Of a stretch of 64,000 nucleotides of DNA, positions 1-12,833 are shown piece after piece. Location: NCBI GenBank assembly GCA_963924565.1, contig OZ004614.1, positions 18,972,001-19,036,000 on the forward strand. Direction: 5' to 3'. This stretch comes from Ascidiella aspersa (taxonomy: Eukaryota). A program made the translations under genes and the position numbers. The number at the start of each line of letters is the position of its first letter. Within the stretch, counting starts at the first letter, position 1. The notes below the pieces were generated by a model. It made no database searches. It was not told the origin of the DNA and worked only from the letters and a program-made list of their open reading frames with translations.

Positions 1-160
1 GTGTTACCACTAAAAGTGCATCTTCAAATATCTACTAGGATCACTGATAAAATGACCTTTAAACTAGCAAAAAAATATATATATATAAATTCTTCCGACC
101 CCTCTGGATTGTAGAGTCTCTCCAACGAATACAATCAGACGCTGTTAAATCAGAACTTAC

Positions 161-382
161 GCGGTTTCTCGGCATTTGCTGAACTGAATTAGCCTCAAAA
201 CGTAGAGGCGTCTGGCGGGCCTTATTAAATTTGCCCAGGTCCCGATTTTTCGCCAGATCTTGGGCTTCGGCTATAATAAGCACGCGACGTTCTATTTGCT
301 TAACGCCGACCCGTCCATTAACCAGCACGCCCGCGCTCGGGCTTGTATTTGCCCAGTCGCCACCGAGTCCATTACGACCGGG
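161..382 (-). CDS. Possible internal exon of a gene running off the left edge
   Basis: ttttttgcag acceptor, gtaagt donor, 222 nt open in phase 0 (PGRNGLGGDW...QMPRNR); no recognisable domain. Confidence 0.3.
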
Positions 383-1533
383 CTGCAAAAAAACGAGCGC
401 AATCAAGCGAGGATAAATGCTTCTGCTGCTGCCGCTGCCAAGCGTCGCAGAAACGGTAAACGGTTACAGTCGATTAAATTTCAACCGTCTGTAGGGCCTT
501 TGTTCGGCGTTTTTCGCCAAATTCCTTTTTAGCTTGGAAGAAAAAAATGCTGGTTCGCTCGCTTTGTGAACGAGCCGTGTTTTGACCAACGCTCGGGTTA
601 GGGAAATGTTGGAAAACTGTAATGAAGATTAATCGCCAATCGTGATCCCCGATAAGCAGTAAACATAATTGCGTCTTCTGCGCAACGCTACATTGTGTAC
701 AACTCTAAAGAATGCATAAGACAAACATTGGCCTTAAACTAAAAAAACCGAGGTTGACATTACTCTGGTACACTAAAGAAAGAAATGCGTCCCACATTTT
801 ATAAGTGAGGTTTAAATGTATTCCAGTCACCTTAACTGATGATGATACTAACTCGTATCGAAACGTCTTTTTCGCGATAATGTCGACTTTGACCTTTTTG
901 GTTTTGAGATTCATTTAATTATTATCAGGCGATATTTCTCTGGTTTTTGGAAAGACGTGTTCCTAACCGGTCAAATCGTTTCAACCACTAAAATGCCAAC
1001 TGTTTACTTTTACCAAAATGCCGCTTTCGCGTCAGTGTTAACTCTCGCCTCCCCCACACCAAGCCAAAACGCCTCAGCTTTAGTTTTGACCGCAAATTAA
1101 ACGGGTTTTGGTCCGAGGCTCAACCGACCGGATAAAATAGGCTACGCTCAACAGGCCATTGCTTTCTTCCACATTGTTGTTTGGTAAAGTTTCGGGCAAC
1201 AGTAAACGTTGTATTAAATTTTTATCTGTTCGTTTGTGATAAAAGCTTGTTGTTGCCGTTGTTTGATTGAAGTACTGCGAAACATGCGATCTGCGGATGT
1301 GTGTTGTGACCTCAGGAATACGAAAAAGTCAACCATAAAAAGCACATTTAACTTAACTATAACTAGGTAATGTCTTCCAAATTCATTGTTTTATAAAACC
1401 AAAACCTTTAGTCGTCATACTTACATTTGGAAGGAAAAAGAGATTCAAAATACTCGTGTTTGCTTAAAATATATATTTTGCTTAACCAGCAAAGATTTTG
1501 CGGTCCGTTGACTTCCTTAAATCTATTTCTAAG

Positions 1534-3081
1534 CAGGGGCGCCAGCAGAAAATTTTCCAGGGGGGGCAATCAGGGGTCCTGAATTTTCAACTTTGGGAAT
1601 TCCCCTATTTTTCGCCTGATGTTAATGAATAATGACGTCATTAAAACAGTGAAAATATGACGTCATAGAATGGTGATTGCAAGACGTGATAGAAAAAAAC
1701 CAGAAACACCAAATACGTCCAGCAAAAGCGAGCACGTGCGTCGTCGACAATCCTGCCAGGCGCCAGCTGCGAAATCACGGTGTACAATTGTTAACTTTAG
1801 GCAAAAAACAAACCAAGACCGTGAAATATGTGTGTTTAATTGTGGTAGAATCATACATAATTCGACTATCAGCAGCGCAGTTTTCAAGTTCCATGAACGG
1901 AAAAAGCGCTAAATTACAAGCACGTCTTTCACCGCGTGCAATACTAAACGAAGATCGTTTTTACCGGCTGTTATTATGCCACGATTAGCGCAACATCTGC
2001 GCCGAGCTGTGCGCCAAGTCAGCTAAATTACAAGCTGTGGTTGAGGGGAAATAAGTCGTGTCCATTGCACACTTAGCACTTGGTCTTAGAGTATGCATAA
2101 AGAGCATAATTTTGCGTTAACTATCATCACTTAAACATTTATACTTTAAATCGCGCACGACAGTCACCATTATACCTCCTTTTAATAATCTGCTTCATTT
2201 AAACAAATGTCGATGTTACACCAACATCGGATATAAGCGCAGAGACCGAACAGCGAGAAACATACTGCGTATAACTTGACGTTTTTTTAGCGAGAAAAAA
2301 AAATAAGGTTTGATTTAGCGTTGTCAATTGTCGAATACTTGCTAATCACTAATCAGTCAACCTAAACCAGCGCTTCTCAACCAGTGGGGGCCATAAGAAT
2401 GTTTGAGGTGGGCCACAGACCAATTTAAAAAGCTAGATTTAGTTTCATTTGTGTCATTATATTTAAAGGAATAATGGTTTGGGAGGAATTAAAAAGGAAT
2501 GTAAATTTATTGTTCAGCAGCAAGTATCTCACTAATGCACGGTTGATTGAATAATCTGTTTTGAAATATGTTCTGCTGTGATTTGTTCTAAACCTATTTT
2601 AAAGTTTTTTCTTTCATAAAAATTCTATTGGGCCTCAGAATTTTTTTGCAAGGTAAATGGGCCACGAAAGAAAAAAGGTTGAGAACCACTGACCTAAACA
2701 AATAACGAAAGAGAAAAACTATCCAGCGTTTACGGTCGACCAAACTAAAGACGAAAAACGGCGTTTTGCGCTCGATTTTGGCTTCGCATTAGATTAAGAC
2801 GCGTGACCCAATTACTTAAAAAGCACGCCGCTTCGAACAGTTTGCTAAACCATGACAAAAACGAAGCAAAAGCGATAATACCACTTACAAAAATGGGTGG
2901 TAAGAACTCCCGCCCCCACTGGATACTCCACTGGGGGCAATGGATAGTGTATATTATTTTTAACCTTCATAAGTAATAACATATTACACTTACAAATAAT
3001 AGGAATAATCACATTTTGAAATTCCAGGGGGGGGGGGGGGGCAAGTGCCCTCCCCCCCTTGCCCCCCTGTGGGCGCCCATG
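1534..3081. mobile_element. hAT-type non-autonomous element
   Basis: caggggcgcc...gggcgcccatg termini with G/C-run subterminal motifs; perfect 8-bp TSD TTTCTAAG. Confidence 0.85.
2368..2691. mobile_element. Nested hAT-type MITE
   Basis: cagcgcttctcaacc...ggttgagaaccactg with perfect 8-bp TSD ACCTAAAC. Confidence 0.88.
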
Positions 3082-3730
3082 TTTCTAAGTGTAAGATTTT
3101 AATTGCACTTTTGCAAGTCATATAAGTAAGTTTTATACAATGCGAGCAATATTGCTCTGTCCAAACTACAATTGCGGCCTTGCCAAAGTAGTGTCGTGGT
3201 CATGTAGTAACTTTAACAGTTTTCTACGGTGTTAAATAACTGAATGGCGTTGTAAGAGTTTTAATAATATAAAGTTGAATTTGTAGTACCAAATATAAAA
3301 CAAATGTCTAATTACAACGTAATTTAACCGTCCTTTCAAAAATAGTACATGATAATATGACGATAACTTTTTTAATACCTTTTTGATTAAAATTTTGTTC
3401 ATTTAAATAGTTAGGAACAGAGATTCTCAGTGTTACATTTAAAAAGGATTTTAAAGCAGCTTTAATAATCTAAATATATTGCCTAAATCCAACCAAATTC
3501 AACATCGAAGCACAAACAGTTTATAAAGTCATTTGTTCGTTCACAAAAACAGAACAATATTTGTTGTTTAAAGTAGGTAAATATCGCAATTATTCGGCAG
3601 TTTTTTGCGTTTACTTCTAGCAAAGCGCTACAGAAACTTCATGACGCAATATTCATAAATTGACAAGTTTTTCAAGTAAATTATACTTTTTGACGTAGTT
3701 AGTTAACCCTTGATGTCATACACCGAGCGA

Positions 3731-6700
3731 TTAATAGCCACTCCACAGAAAGGAACAAACAATCCCAAACTCTTTTTGTTTTTCGTTCTTGGTTCGTCGA
3801 CTGTCGGCTGCCCGCTCCGCTGCGCCGCTTGTGAGGTGTTTAACGTGTTCAATTTGGCCACTAGGTGTTGTGAAGGGCACATGTGGAATCGAGGTATCTT
3901 TTGAGCAGTTTGGTGGCTTTCCGTTTGTTAGTTGTGGAAACATTCGCTTTGCGTGCTTTTTGCTCGAAACGTTCCTTAGACAAGTGTGGCCTGAAATAAA
4001 TCGCATTTTTAGGAGTTTAGGGATGTCCGATAACATCTGATCGGATACCCGATGCCAAGTGAAGCATCGGTGCTCGTCCGATACTAAGGTGGTATCGGTG
4101 CCGATCCGATACCAAGGTGGTATCGGTGCCGATCCGATATCAAAGTAATATAAGCATTTTAGCCATGATTTGCGATTCAACGCAGCAGCAATTTCTACCT
4201 TGAAAGGCAAAAACATAAAACTGATAACAACATAAGCTTTTTAAACCTCTTAGCACTAAAGCAAAGTTTAACCTAATAACCTGGAAAAAATTACCTTTAA
4301 GCGTTTTAATTTCAACTTTTTTGTTTGTATGACAATACCAATGACGTCATTGGTATCGAATATTTTCATCTAAAATATCGGTATTGGTTTTTGGATAATT
4401 TCAACCATCGGACATTCCTACTTGGGTTATGGGTTGGCCTGTCTTTACGATACGCTTTCGGTTTGGAAAGTCGGTGCACCATCGAGTAAAATTCATCTGA
4501 AGTGAGGATTTTTTGATGACGTTGTTTGGAGGTTTGATCAATTACTTGTCCACAAGTTCTTGAATGGTAAACGTACCTGCAAAAATAAACCCGATTCATT
4601 ACTTTAGTATTCAGGATAGCGTTAACACCCAACACAAACTTTATTATGGATTCTTTGTGTTGGTTTTATGTGTGTTTTTACTTATAAACTTATAAAATCA
4701 CAAGAACACTTTTTTTGAAAAAAAAAATGTGTAATTGCATATTACCAGTGCTGCTGACTAGCGCTAAACACTTTCAAATGTGAATAGCATGACAACGCAA
4801 ACGGTTCTATTTAACATTGAATTTCACGGCAAAAACTGTTTCTAATTAAAAATTCAATTGATTGAGTACGAGTCAAAATCAAAATCTGCCTATCGCCACC
4901 AATCCTGACGTTAGAATAATTTTCGACCAAGACTTGATGGACATTTCTATATCGACCTTGACAAACTAGCTGATTGCTGTTTTGCATCTGATTAGCCTGT
5001 CTAAACATTATAAAGCATGATTGAATGAAGCTTTAAGTGAAGTGTTCAAAATGGTATAGAGGGGGATGTGACACATTATGCACAGATAACATATGTGTAC
5101 ATTACTTGATACGTTGGAATTAACTAAGTGGCGGGGGCCAAACAGCCTAAGGTTAAATAACCCTACAGCTTAAAGTTGAAATACGTGAAAATTATTTTTT
5201 ACACAGAACAACTTACAATTATTTTTTGCACAGAACAACAGAACAACTTACAAATGCACTTTTCTGGTTTTTGAGGCTTTACGTTGCCGATGTGTTTCGT
5301 GCGATACAATGGACATATTGCAAAGACGGTATACATCGGTAAAAAGCACAAACGTTCATTAACCAAATTAGGTTAACTAGATGTAAATCGATATGTTTTT
5401 AGAGGATATAAAACCGTCATTATACTGATATTTGTTCACATTTTTAAGACGGAATGCAGGCGATCGAATTAGGCTAAAAAAAAGTTCGACAAACTTTCGT
5501 TTGAAAGGGTGTCACAGTGCAGAGGGCGACTTATGCCTGTAAAGATGCCGAAAACGCGTGGATCTAATCAGGTCATAGATCCATCCCTGGATAGACTGTA
5601 TGCAAATGTTACAACCATACATCTAGAAAAGTCGCCCTGGTTTGTATTTTAAGATAAAGCCGCGTGCTAGATTAAATTCCTTGGCTGACCCGCGGGGCGT
5701 ATTTTGCCCAAGTCTGATTCGTTGATCTACAGTTTGTATCTGATTAGCTCATTCCTGTCAGAACACGTCAATTTCTTAATAGAAAAACCGAGATAAATGA
5801 ACGGTCGAACCTGTCTTGACACCGAATGTGCTTCACGACCATTCCACTTAGAGTGTGTTGTCTGCTTTCCTGTTGGTTACAGTTGGGTGAAACCTCTGTC
5901 TTTAGCGCCACGTAACCCGATAGCTGTTGCCGTAACATTGCCAGCGTCTCCTCGTCGACCGCGTAATGTTCGATCGACCTCGACGTTAGGGTCTGAAGGG
6001 TGCGCTGCATGTCTTCCACCACCTGCATTAAACACACGCGGCAGTTTTACACGACCGCCATATCGACAGGCAATACATCTCGGCGAAATTGTGATAAAAA
6101 TAGTTCATAATCCTGTTTATATGTTGGTTGATATTGTGGCGGATTGATCTGAATTGTTTGTTGTTGTGTCCGCGTTTTGTTATTTAACGTTGTAAGTACG
6201 CCGAGTTCGTGATAAATTTAATATGTTCCTTAGTATGGTCAAATCGGTTTAAAAATCGGAACATATTATCGCCACTAAGAAGAATAAAATAAATGACTTT
6301 CTATGCAGGTGGACATTGCCATATTGAAGTCCAGTACAAGTAAGCCCAAATCCCCAGCTGTCTTTGAATGCATCCCTGCTAAATCGTCGCTTTTTGACAT
6401 GTGTTGTTTCTCGTCTCTTTTGTTATTTCGCACTCGTTTTGTTGTGCCCTAAGAATAAAAAGAATGACCGGCTATACCCACGAGCCTGGAATTATTCTTA
6501 CCCGGTTGGCCTGCGAGAGTGATTGGTAGAGTTGCCAAACTTGCTGGCGCATGCCCCGTTCGACTCTCGTTTTGGAACTATGACACCTATAATAAGGATA
6601 AAATATGTTTATTTAAAACTTGGGTTGAGTAAAATGTAACGCATCATGTAATAATATGTGGTAAGCAACGAATCGGGTTTTATTTTGAAGAAAACAATAA

Positions 6701-9700
6701 AGCTATGGGAAATAGAAAACTCAACTTTATGTAAATGGGTAAAATTAAAGTTTTCAGACAACTGGTGCGAAATGATTAAACATAGAATTATGGTGACAAA
6801 CCAGGACAACAAAATTAGCGGTAGAAACAGTTGGTTTAGTTGTTAAATATAAATAAGTTCACTGCAATATGTTGTTGTTCACACAAAAATCTAATGATAG
6901 TTTATTGCGACTGAATAGTTTATTCATTGTGTTCAACACAAACAAAGACTTTAGATTACTGTCATAATAAAACTTTATTGTGCGTCAGTTGTTACATTTC
7001 CATGCTTGGTGAAATTTTCTTCCAAATTGACGCCACTTCTTGAAACGAATTGAAGGTAGCCTGGTTTAATTTCGTCAGTTCAAACATCGAACTGTCAATT
7101 GGACACCTTTAAATAAAATGGACTTCAATTCCGGTGGGAATGACTTTGCTGCGACTGACGCCGCGGTTTATAGAAAATGAATTTTACATTTTTTTTAAAC
7201 TCGCACCAGACAAATTGAGCTGTGAAATTTATTTTTGCCCACTGACATCTTTCTTAAATAAACCTAAATATCTTGACTTTTTTGCCGCAACAGTTTAAGT
7301 ATTTCTCAAGTGCCATGTTTTCGTTGATGTTTGTAGCTAAAATCAAGTAAACAAATTAAATCCATATTGACGATTGTGACGTAATATATTACTTTGTCTA
7401 ATTGGTTTTTATCAACCATGCTGCGTATGTTTTTAGCTGTGAGGGCAAAGGTCCGCAAATTGACACAATTATCTTGATAAATGCAAAGGAGCGGAATAGT
7501 TCGTGCTCGTTTTGTAATTTAACCCAAATAATCGGATATTTTTTCGCGCGACCGCTTCGTTGTCATATCCTTGAACTATTTAAACTCGATTGCACTTGCA
7601 CATACAAGTTTCTTGAGAATATTTGTTTAATGACGTCACGCTTTGTGACTTCATCTCTAAAATTTTCACGAATCGCCGCGATACAAAACATTGACCTGCC
7701 GCGGGCCTCTGTCAACGCACCCTTGAAATATTCTTGCGCACTTCAAAAAATATTTGAGCAGTTGAAAATTTCCTTAGAGGGAACACTGGTCATATTCATG
7801 AAAACATCGGTTATTTTAATTACCGGTAACGTTTTACTTTTGCAACGTACCTTTACTTTGGCTGCATCCAGGGGTTAAAGTAAAATAGTTTTTCTCCAGG
7901 AAGAATAAAAAAAATGACAACCGGAACGCATGAAAATTATTCGTGATGACGTCGCAAAGTTACGTCATACAGGGTGTCGAAAACAAGTAACCTTAGAAAA
8001 CCTGAGGTTATCGTTCGATGTTATTCAGAAGAATACGCCACTAAAATACACAACTTCAAGGGTAATTTATTTTGTTTCATGAATAATTGATTGGTTTAAA
8101 GCAAGGTTGCTCACTTATCGATATGCTGGCCAACTCCTGGTTTGAAAGTGTACAGTCGATTAACGACGTCGCTGACTTGTCGTGCTGTCATCTTTCGGTG
8201 TCCGTGATAGAGTGGTCGAATTGTGATTTTGGTTCTGTTGCGTTTTGCGCTTTGGTAAGGACTGTTCGCTACTGCAACAAAAGTTCGTTCGACTTTGTAG
8301 CGAGTTACATTGATAGTATTAAAATTATTTTTTCAATTTGGCGTTCGATAGATAGCTTAAAGAAGAATGTAAATTTGATCGATGAAATTAGGTTTTAGTA
8401 ATTACTTACACTTGTCTTGGGCGTTTTTTGACCTTGATTTCACTTTAGTAGCAGGAAGAATTCTGTCGTCAAATATTGGCGAAGGTGAGTCGAAATTGTA
8501 CGAGATTTGGTCATTCAAACATGACGTGGAAAATGATGAAGCTCGCTCCTTAACGTAACACACCACAAAACTACGCTTAAAAGTGTGGAAACACCCAGCA
8601 ACTGCTTAATGCCGGTATACTTACTGTGTTTGGGTGTTTTGGAAAAATTTTTGCACGCACTTTTATTTTAGGTTGGTGTGACAATGGTTTCAACTGGCGA
8701 AACTTTTTCAATCTCAATTTCTCCTTTGATGTTGTTTTATCTTTCCGACGTTTTGACGAGGTGCGATCGTTGTTATTTGGCGACTCAATGCTCAGTGGGG
8801 TCTGTAGAATATTAAACGAAAAATAGAACAACAAAAGTTTAAGGACAATTTCGATGCGAAAGTGTTCATATCTAAAATAAGATATTTTTTGCATAAATCG
8901 TATTTTAAAATGGAGGTTATTACATTTTTGGAAAACTGTAGAGTGTTTTTAGTCCTGGTATACGTTTGATGTAAAAGGATTTATAGCCTGCATTATGTAT
9001 CCAGAAACGCCAAACGATAGGCCTTGCAATCACCTGTTAGTCATTATTTTTGCAATCACTGTAATCGTCTTACTTAAGAACCTCTTCTCTTCAAAATGTT
9101 TACAATAAAATTCCGGTCCTATAGCAACATTTCTACATTAGCCTACGAAAATTGTTTATAGCATTACGACACAATAAAGGTTTATTCTTGTTGGCAAAAC
9201 ATTCCAGGGTTGTAATATTTTATTACTTGCTTCACCACTTAACCTAATTGACTTTACTAAGCTTTAGCTTACTTGCTTTAACCACTAAGTTTGCCCCACT
9301 TAGCTAGGCCTCAACTATAAATCTAATGCCAGGCTAGAGTTTTGATAATGTGATCGCAATCTTTGATAACCCAATGTTTAGCCTCAATAACGGTTTTAAC
9401 AAAAAGGCAAACATCTCACCTGATATTGATCACTGTAAGAACACTGGACTTCAGCATCCTTACATTGTACTGATTGGTCACACACTTCGTTATTCCGGTC
9501 GCGTCCAGTCTGGCTGCTCTGGGAAATCTTCGAAGTCTCTCTGCTGATCATTACTTCCTTAATCCTCTTGAAACCACTCCTGTCCTGCATTTCACCGTTT
9601 CGCGGCACCGATTGTAAAATATCGGGAGCGGTATTTGGTCTCACGACATCCAAGTTCAAGAGCTCCCGCAAAAAGAGCATGTTAGCTGATTGAGGGCGCA

Positions 9701-12178
9701 CACTCCAAAAAAAAAAGGCAAAATGAATAGTTGAATTACATTAAATGATAACTTCGAATTTCTAGAGGTTTCAAAAAAAATATTTACCCGACGATCGTTG
9801 ACTCCATTTCATTGGGTGGATGATCAGGTATCTTTGGTTGATGTTGCATCTAACAAAGAAACAATATTTAATGTTGATAAGGTTATATCCTGGAAGCATA
9901 TTCGGCGAGCAACACCACTTTAACGTTGACAATAGTAAAAAAAAATTAACAATAGCAGTAATTTGCCCATGGTTGTTTATTGCCTTATGGCGATAAAAAT
10001 ACACCAAAAAATCCTATAAATTAACTGTGACATTCTCTAGGTTTCGTTAGATTTCACGCCAAAAGTATGATGTGTTTACTTAAGGGTCAACATGTAACAT
10101 CTGTTTTCAATTATAGGCCTACTGCGTTAAAATTCGATACAAACAGTGGTAACAAAATCGTTTTTCTTTGTCATTGAAAGCTCACCAGTGAAAGATCAAC
10201 AGACAAACAGGACCTTGAAGAAGAAACAAAAGATGGGTAACCACCAGAGCTGAGAACTCGATCTGGTGACTTCATCCACAGGCGTGACGAAGCTCTGACG
10301 TCACAGTCCTCGTCGTCGCCGAAATGAGGTTCGCTGTTGTTTACTTTTTCCGGCAACCTGTTAACATCGATTCGACTGGACGATATCAACGGTAACATAG
10401 AAGACGACGATTGGTCTCGCGAAAGAAGATTTGAAGCAGAGTGACATTCAGGAGAGAAACGGACTCTTCCGACATTTTCTGTAGAAAGGAAAAACGTAAA
10501 AATGCAATGGGCTCATTCATATTTACATAACATCAAATTACTAAATAATAGGTTAACGAGTTGCGATCCATGTCTCGGAAAGTTTGATACCCTATCCTAC
10601 ACAATGAAACATATGCACACACATATGTATGTTAACAACTGAGATCTAGCCCTTCTGAAGCTGCTTTTTGGCCAACGTTTACGGCTTACGTATCATTAGT
10701 AAATTGAAAGCCATTGTAGACCCTTCAGTGAGGTTTGAACTCACGACCTTAGGTCAAGCCGTGTCCGTCGCTCTACCAACTGAGCTACACATTTATTCAA
10801 TGACACATATGCACACACATATAACAACTGAGATAACAACTGGCTTTCGCTGTACTAATGATACGTAAGCCGCAATCGTTGGTCAAAAAGCGGCTTCAGA
10901 AGGGCTAGATTTTAGTTGTTAACACACATATTTGTGTGCATATGTTTCTTTGAATAAATAATGTGGTACTGTGGATCCCCTTCAATATGAAGTTGCTTGT
11001 ACTAACAGATTAAGCAAGCATTATCGTATGGTTGTTCTCGACACGCTCCTCTCTGAGCCTTTGTAGCTCAGTTGGTAGAGCGACGGCCATGGCTTGATCT
11101 GAGGTCGCGTATTCGAATCTCACTGCAGGCTAGTTGTTTTTTTAGCCTGCTCTGGATGCATCATTGATCGACAGTTTCGGTGAGTCTGCAATGACTTTCG
11201 GTGTACTATCCTATACAACTGTGATTTTACCGCCTGCGGATATATATATATATATCCATATGAGTAGGCCGGAGCGGCTAAATGTTTGTAAAAGCATGTT
11301 CTCGTTCTAATTATTCTGTTGCCGATTTGAACCCAACAACGATTTTTTTCTGTGCTTGTTGCAACTTCTTAGATGTATAAATTTTAGTTGTATATTCGCG
11401 GACGACATCGAACGATAGCCTAGGTTTTTATGGCCGCTGACATTATATTTAACTATTTTATTAAACTTTCATAAATGTTTTAAAACCACATTTCAAAATG
11501 TTAACAGTTATAATTGTTTTTGCGTTCCGGTGAGAAACTTTATTTTCACCCCTAAAATGAAATATATATACATATACATATATATAACCTAAATGCAAGT
11601 TCTCCCTGTTGTTTGCGAAGAAGGGTAAAAGTAGTAACAAACAGATTAAATGTAGTATTATGTGGCCTTTGTCCGTTTTACTCACGTGGATAGCGTATAT
11701 ATTCTTGTATAAAATCAATAAGCCTATACGAACATATTTCATCGGCTACACATCCCACGTTCTGACTAAAAACAACGCATACTGTGTAACGTTTTTATCG
11801 CTGGGGTTTTTCTATTGTATTTTGGTGTACTTTGGCACAATTCGAGCATATTTTACCAGACATACAAAAGCCTTTTTACGCTTTTTACTGCTCAAACTGT
11901 ATCAGTTCAACTAATGTCTTATTCCTGCTAGTCAACTAAAAGTTTAAACTCGCTTACAACTCATACATTTTCTTTAACCTGTCTTACGAGGCAAGAAATT
12001 CGTAACAATACAAAACTAACGTAAAAAAGTGGCGTCTATATCACAATTAACATAAGCATTCAATATCCTACTCTAAAAATGTGGTTCACCCTCTGTTGAA
12101 ATAAAATAATGTCACATTTGTGATCTTACCTTTCCTTGCAGTTCTAAGCTTTCGTTGTTTGGAAGAACCTGTTCCCAT
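3731..12178 (-). CDS. Uncharacterised Ser/Arg/Lys-rich protein with N-myristoylation-type start (~803 aa, 16 exons; possible 469-aa short form)
   Basis: Phase-consistent chain: 12178-12130, 10478-10186, 9849-9788, 9702-9420, 8801-8625, 8548-8410, 8271-8115, 7740-7606, 7106-6996, 6586-6502, 6448-6338, 6148-6077, 6022-5811, 5000-4890, 4576-4422, 3990-3731 (2412 nt). Starts MGTGSSKQRKLRTARK. Exons 1-9 are well supported (one GAG acceptor). Exons 10-16 are less sure (weak acceptor at 6149, GC donor at 4889). Read-through of exon 9 gives a stop at 6992 followed by AATAAA at 6979-6974. No family recognised. Confidence 0.65.
4018..4420. mobile_element. MITE with TAGGGATG-type TIRs and internal gtatcggtgccgatccgat repeats
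   Basis: tagggatgtccgat ... atcggacattccta; internal ~28-bp tandem duplication; TSD not clear. Confidence 0.65.
10603..11200. mobile_element. Cluster of tRNA-derived SINE fragments in opposite orientations (intron 1 of the minus-strand gene)
   Basis: Two heads with A box TAGCTCAGTTGG and a B-box-like motif (GTTCAAACC on minus ~10788-10720; ATTCGAATC on plus ~11063-11130). Tails 10603-10700 and 10853-10951 form an inverted repeat. I could not fold either head into a complete cloverleaf. Confidence 0.75.
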
Positions 12179-12241
12179 TGTAAATAAACCCATGCATTGA
12201 TAAGAAGTCGGCTTTACTGATCGGCATAAAGGCGTCTGTTT

Positions 12242-12367
12242 CACGTGAGTTGATCAAGCACTTATATCGCACAACAAGCGACTTGATCTGATCAAGTGCC
12301 ACTCGTTGGTATTATTAGTTATGTTCTGTCGCTGAGGGGAACTTGCTGACGTCACAGGTCCCACGTG
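12242..12367. promoter_or_regulatory. CRE and E-box motifs upstream of the minus-strand gene start
   Basis: CACGTG at 12242 and 12362 and TGACGTCA at 12347, within 200 bp of ATG 12178. Confidence 0.35.
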
Positions 12368-12393
12368 ATATTTTGGAGTCGGTCAGTGTAACG

Positions 12394-12833
12394 CAGTGGC
12401 TCCCAACCTGGGGGTCGCAAGGGGTTGTCTGGGGGTCGCCGTGTAGTATTTGATAAAGAAAAACTTCTAACGAACTAAGCATTATGAACTAAAATTTTAG
12501 CACTTTAGAAGGAGCAAAAGCAACCGCCAGTCTAACATTTGTGATTATGTGGCTTTTGCAGTGAACCAGTCGTGTTTTATGACATCACCATTATTCTAAT
12601 TAATGAATCAAACATAAGCTTTAGTCAAACAATGTCTAATAACGTGCATATTTAAATCCGGACATTTTGGGCAAATGTTGATAAAATCCGTCCAGACATT
12701 TTCATTTTGCCAATTTTGAAATGTGCTTTTTATTGACTCTGGTTTATGTGTCAGGCATTATAATTAATTGGGGGGTCGCGCAAGTTCGAAAACTTAAAAG
12801 GGGTCGAGATAACAAAAAGGTTGGGAACCACTT
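12394..12833. mobile_element. hAT-type MITE
   Basis: cagtggctcccaacc...ggttgggaaccactt, ggggtcgc subterminal repeats, degenerate 8-bp TSD (gtgtaacg/acgtaacg). Confidence 0.78.

Noticed and set aside
7606-7740. Faint resemblance of exons 8-9 of the minus-strand gene to a small-GTPase C-terminal half
   Set aside because: No P-loop, DxxG or NKxD motifs.
10720-11130. Two tRNA genes
   Set aside because: A/B boxes are present, but I could not fold a proper acceptor or anticodon stem, and both continue into shared repeat sequence; treated as SINE heads.
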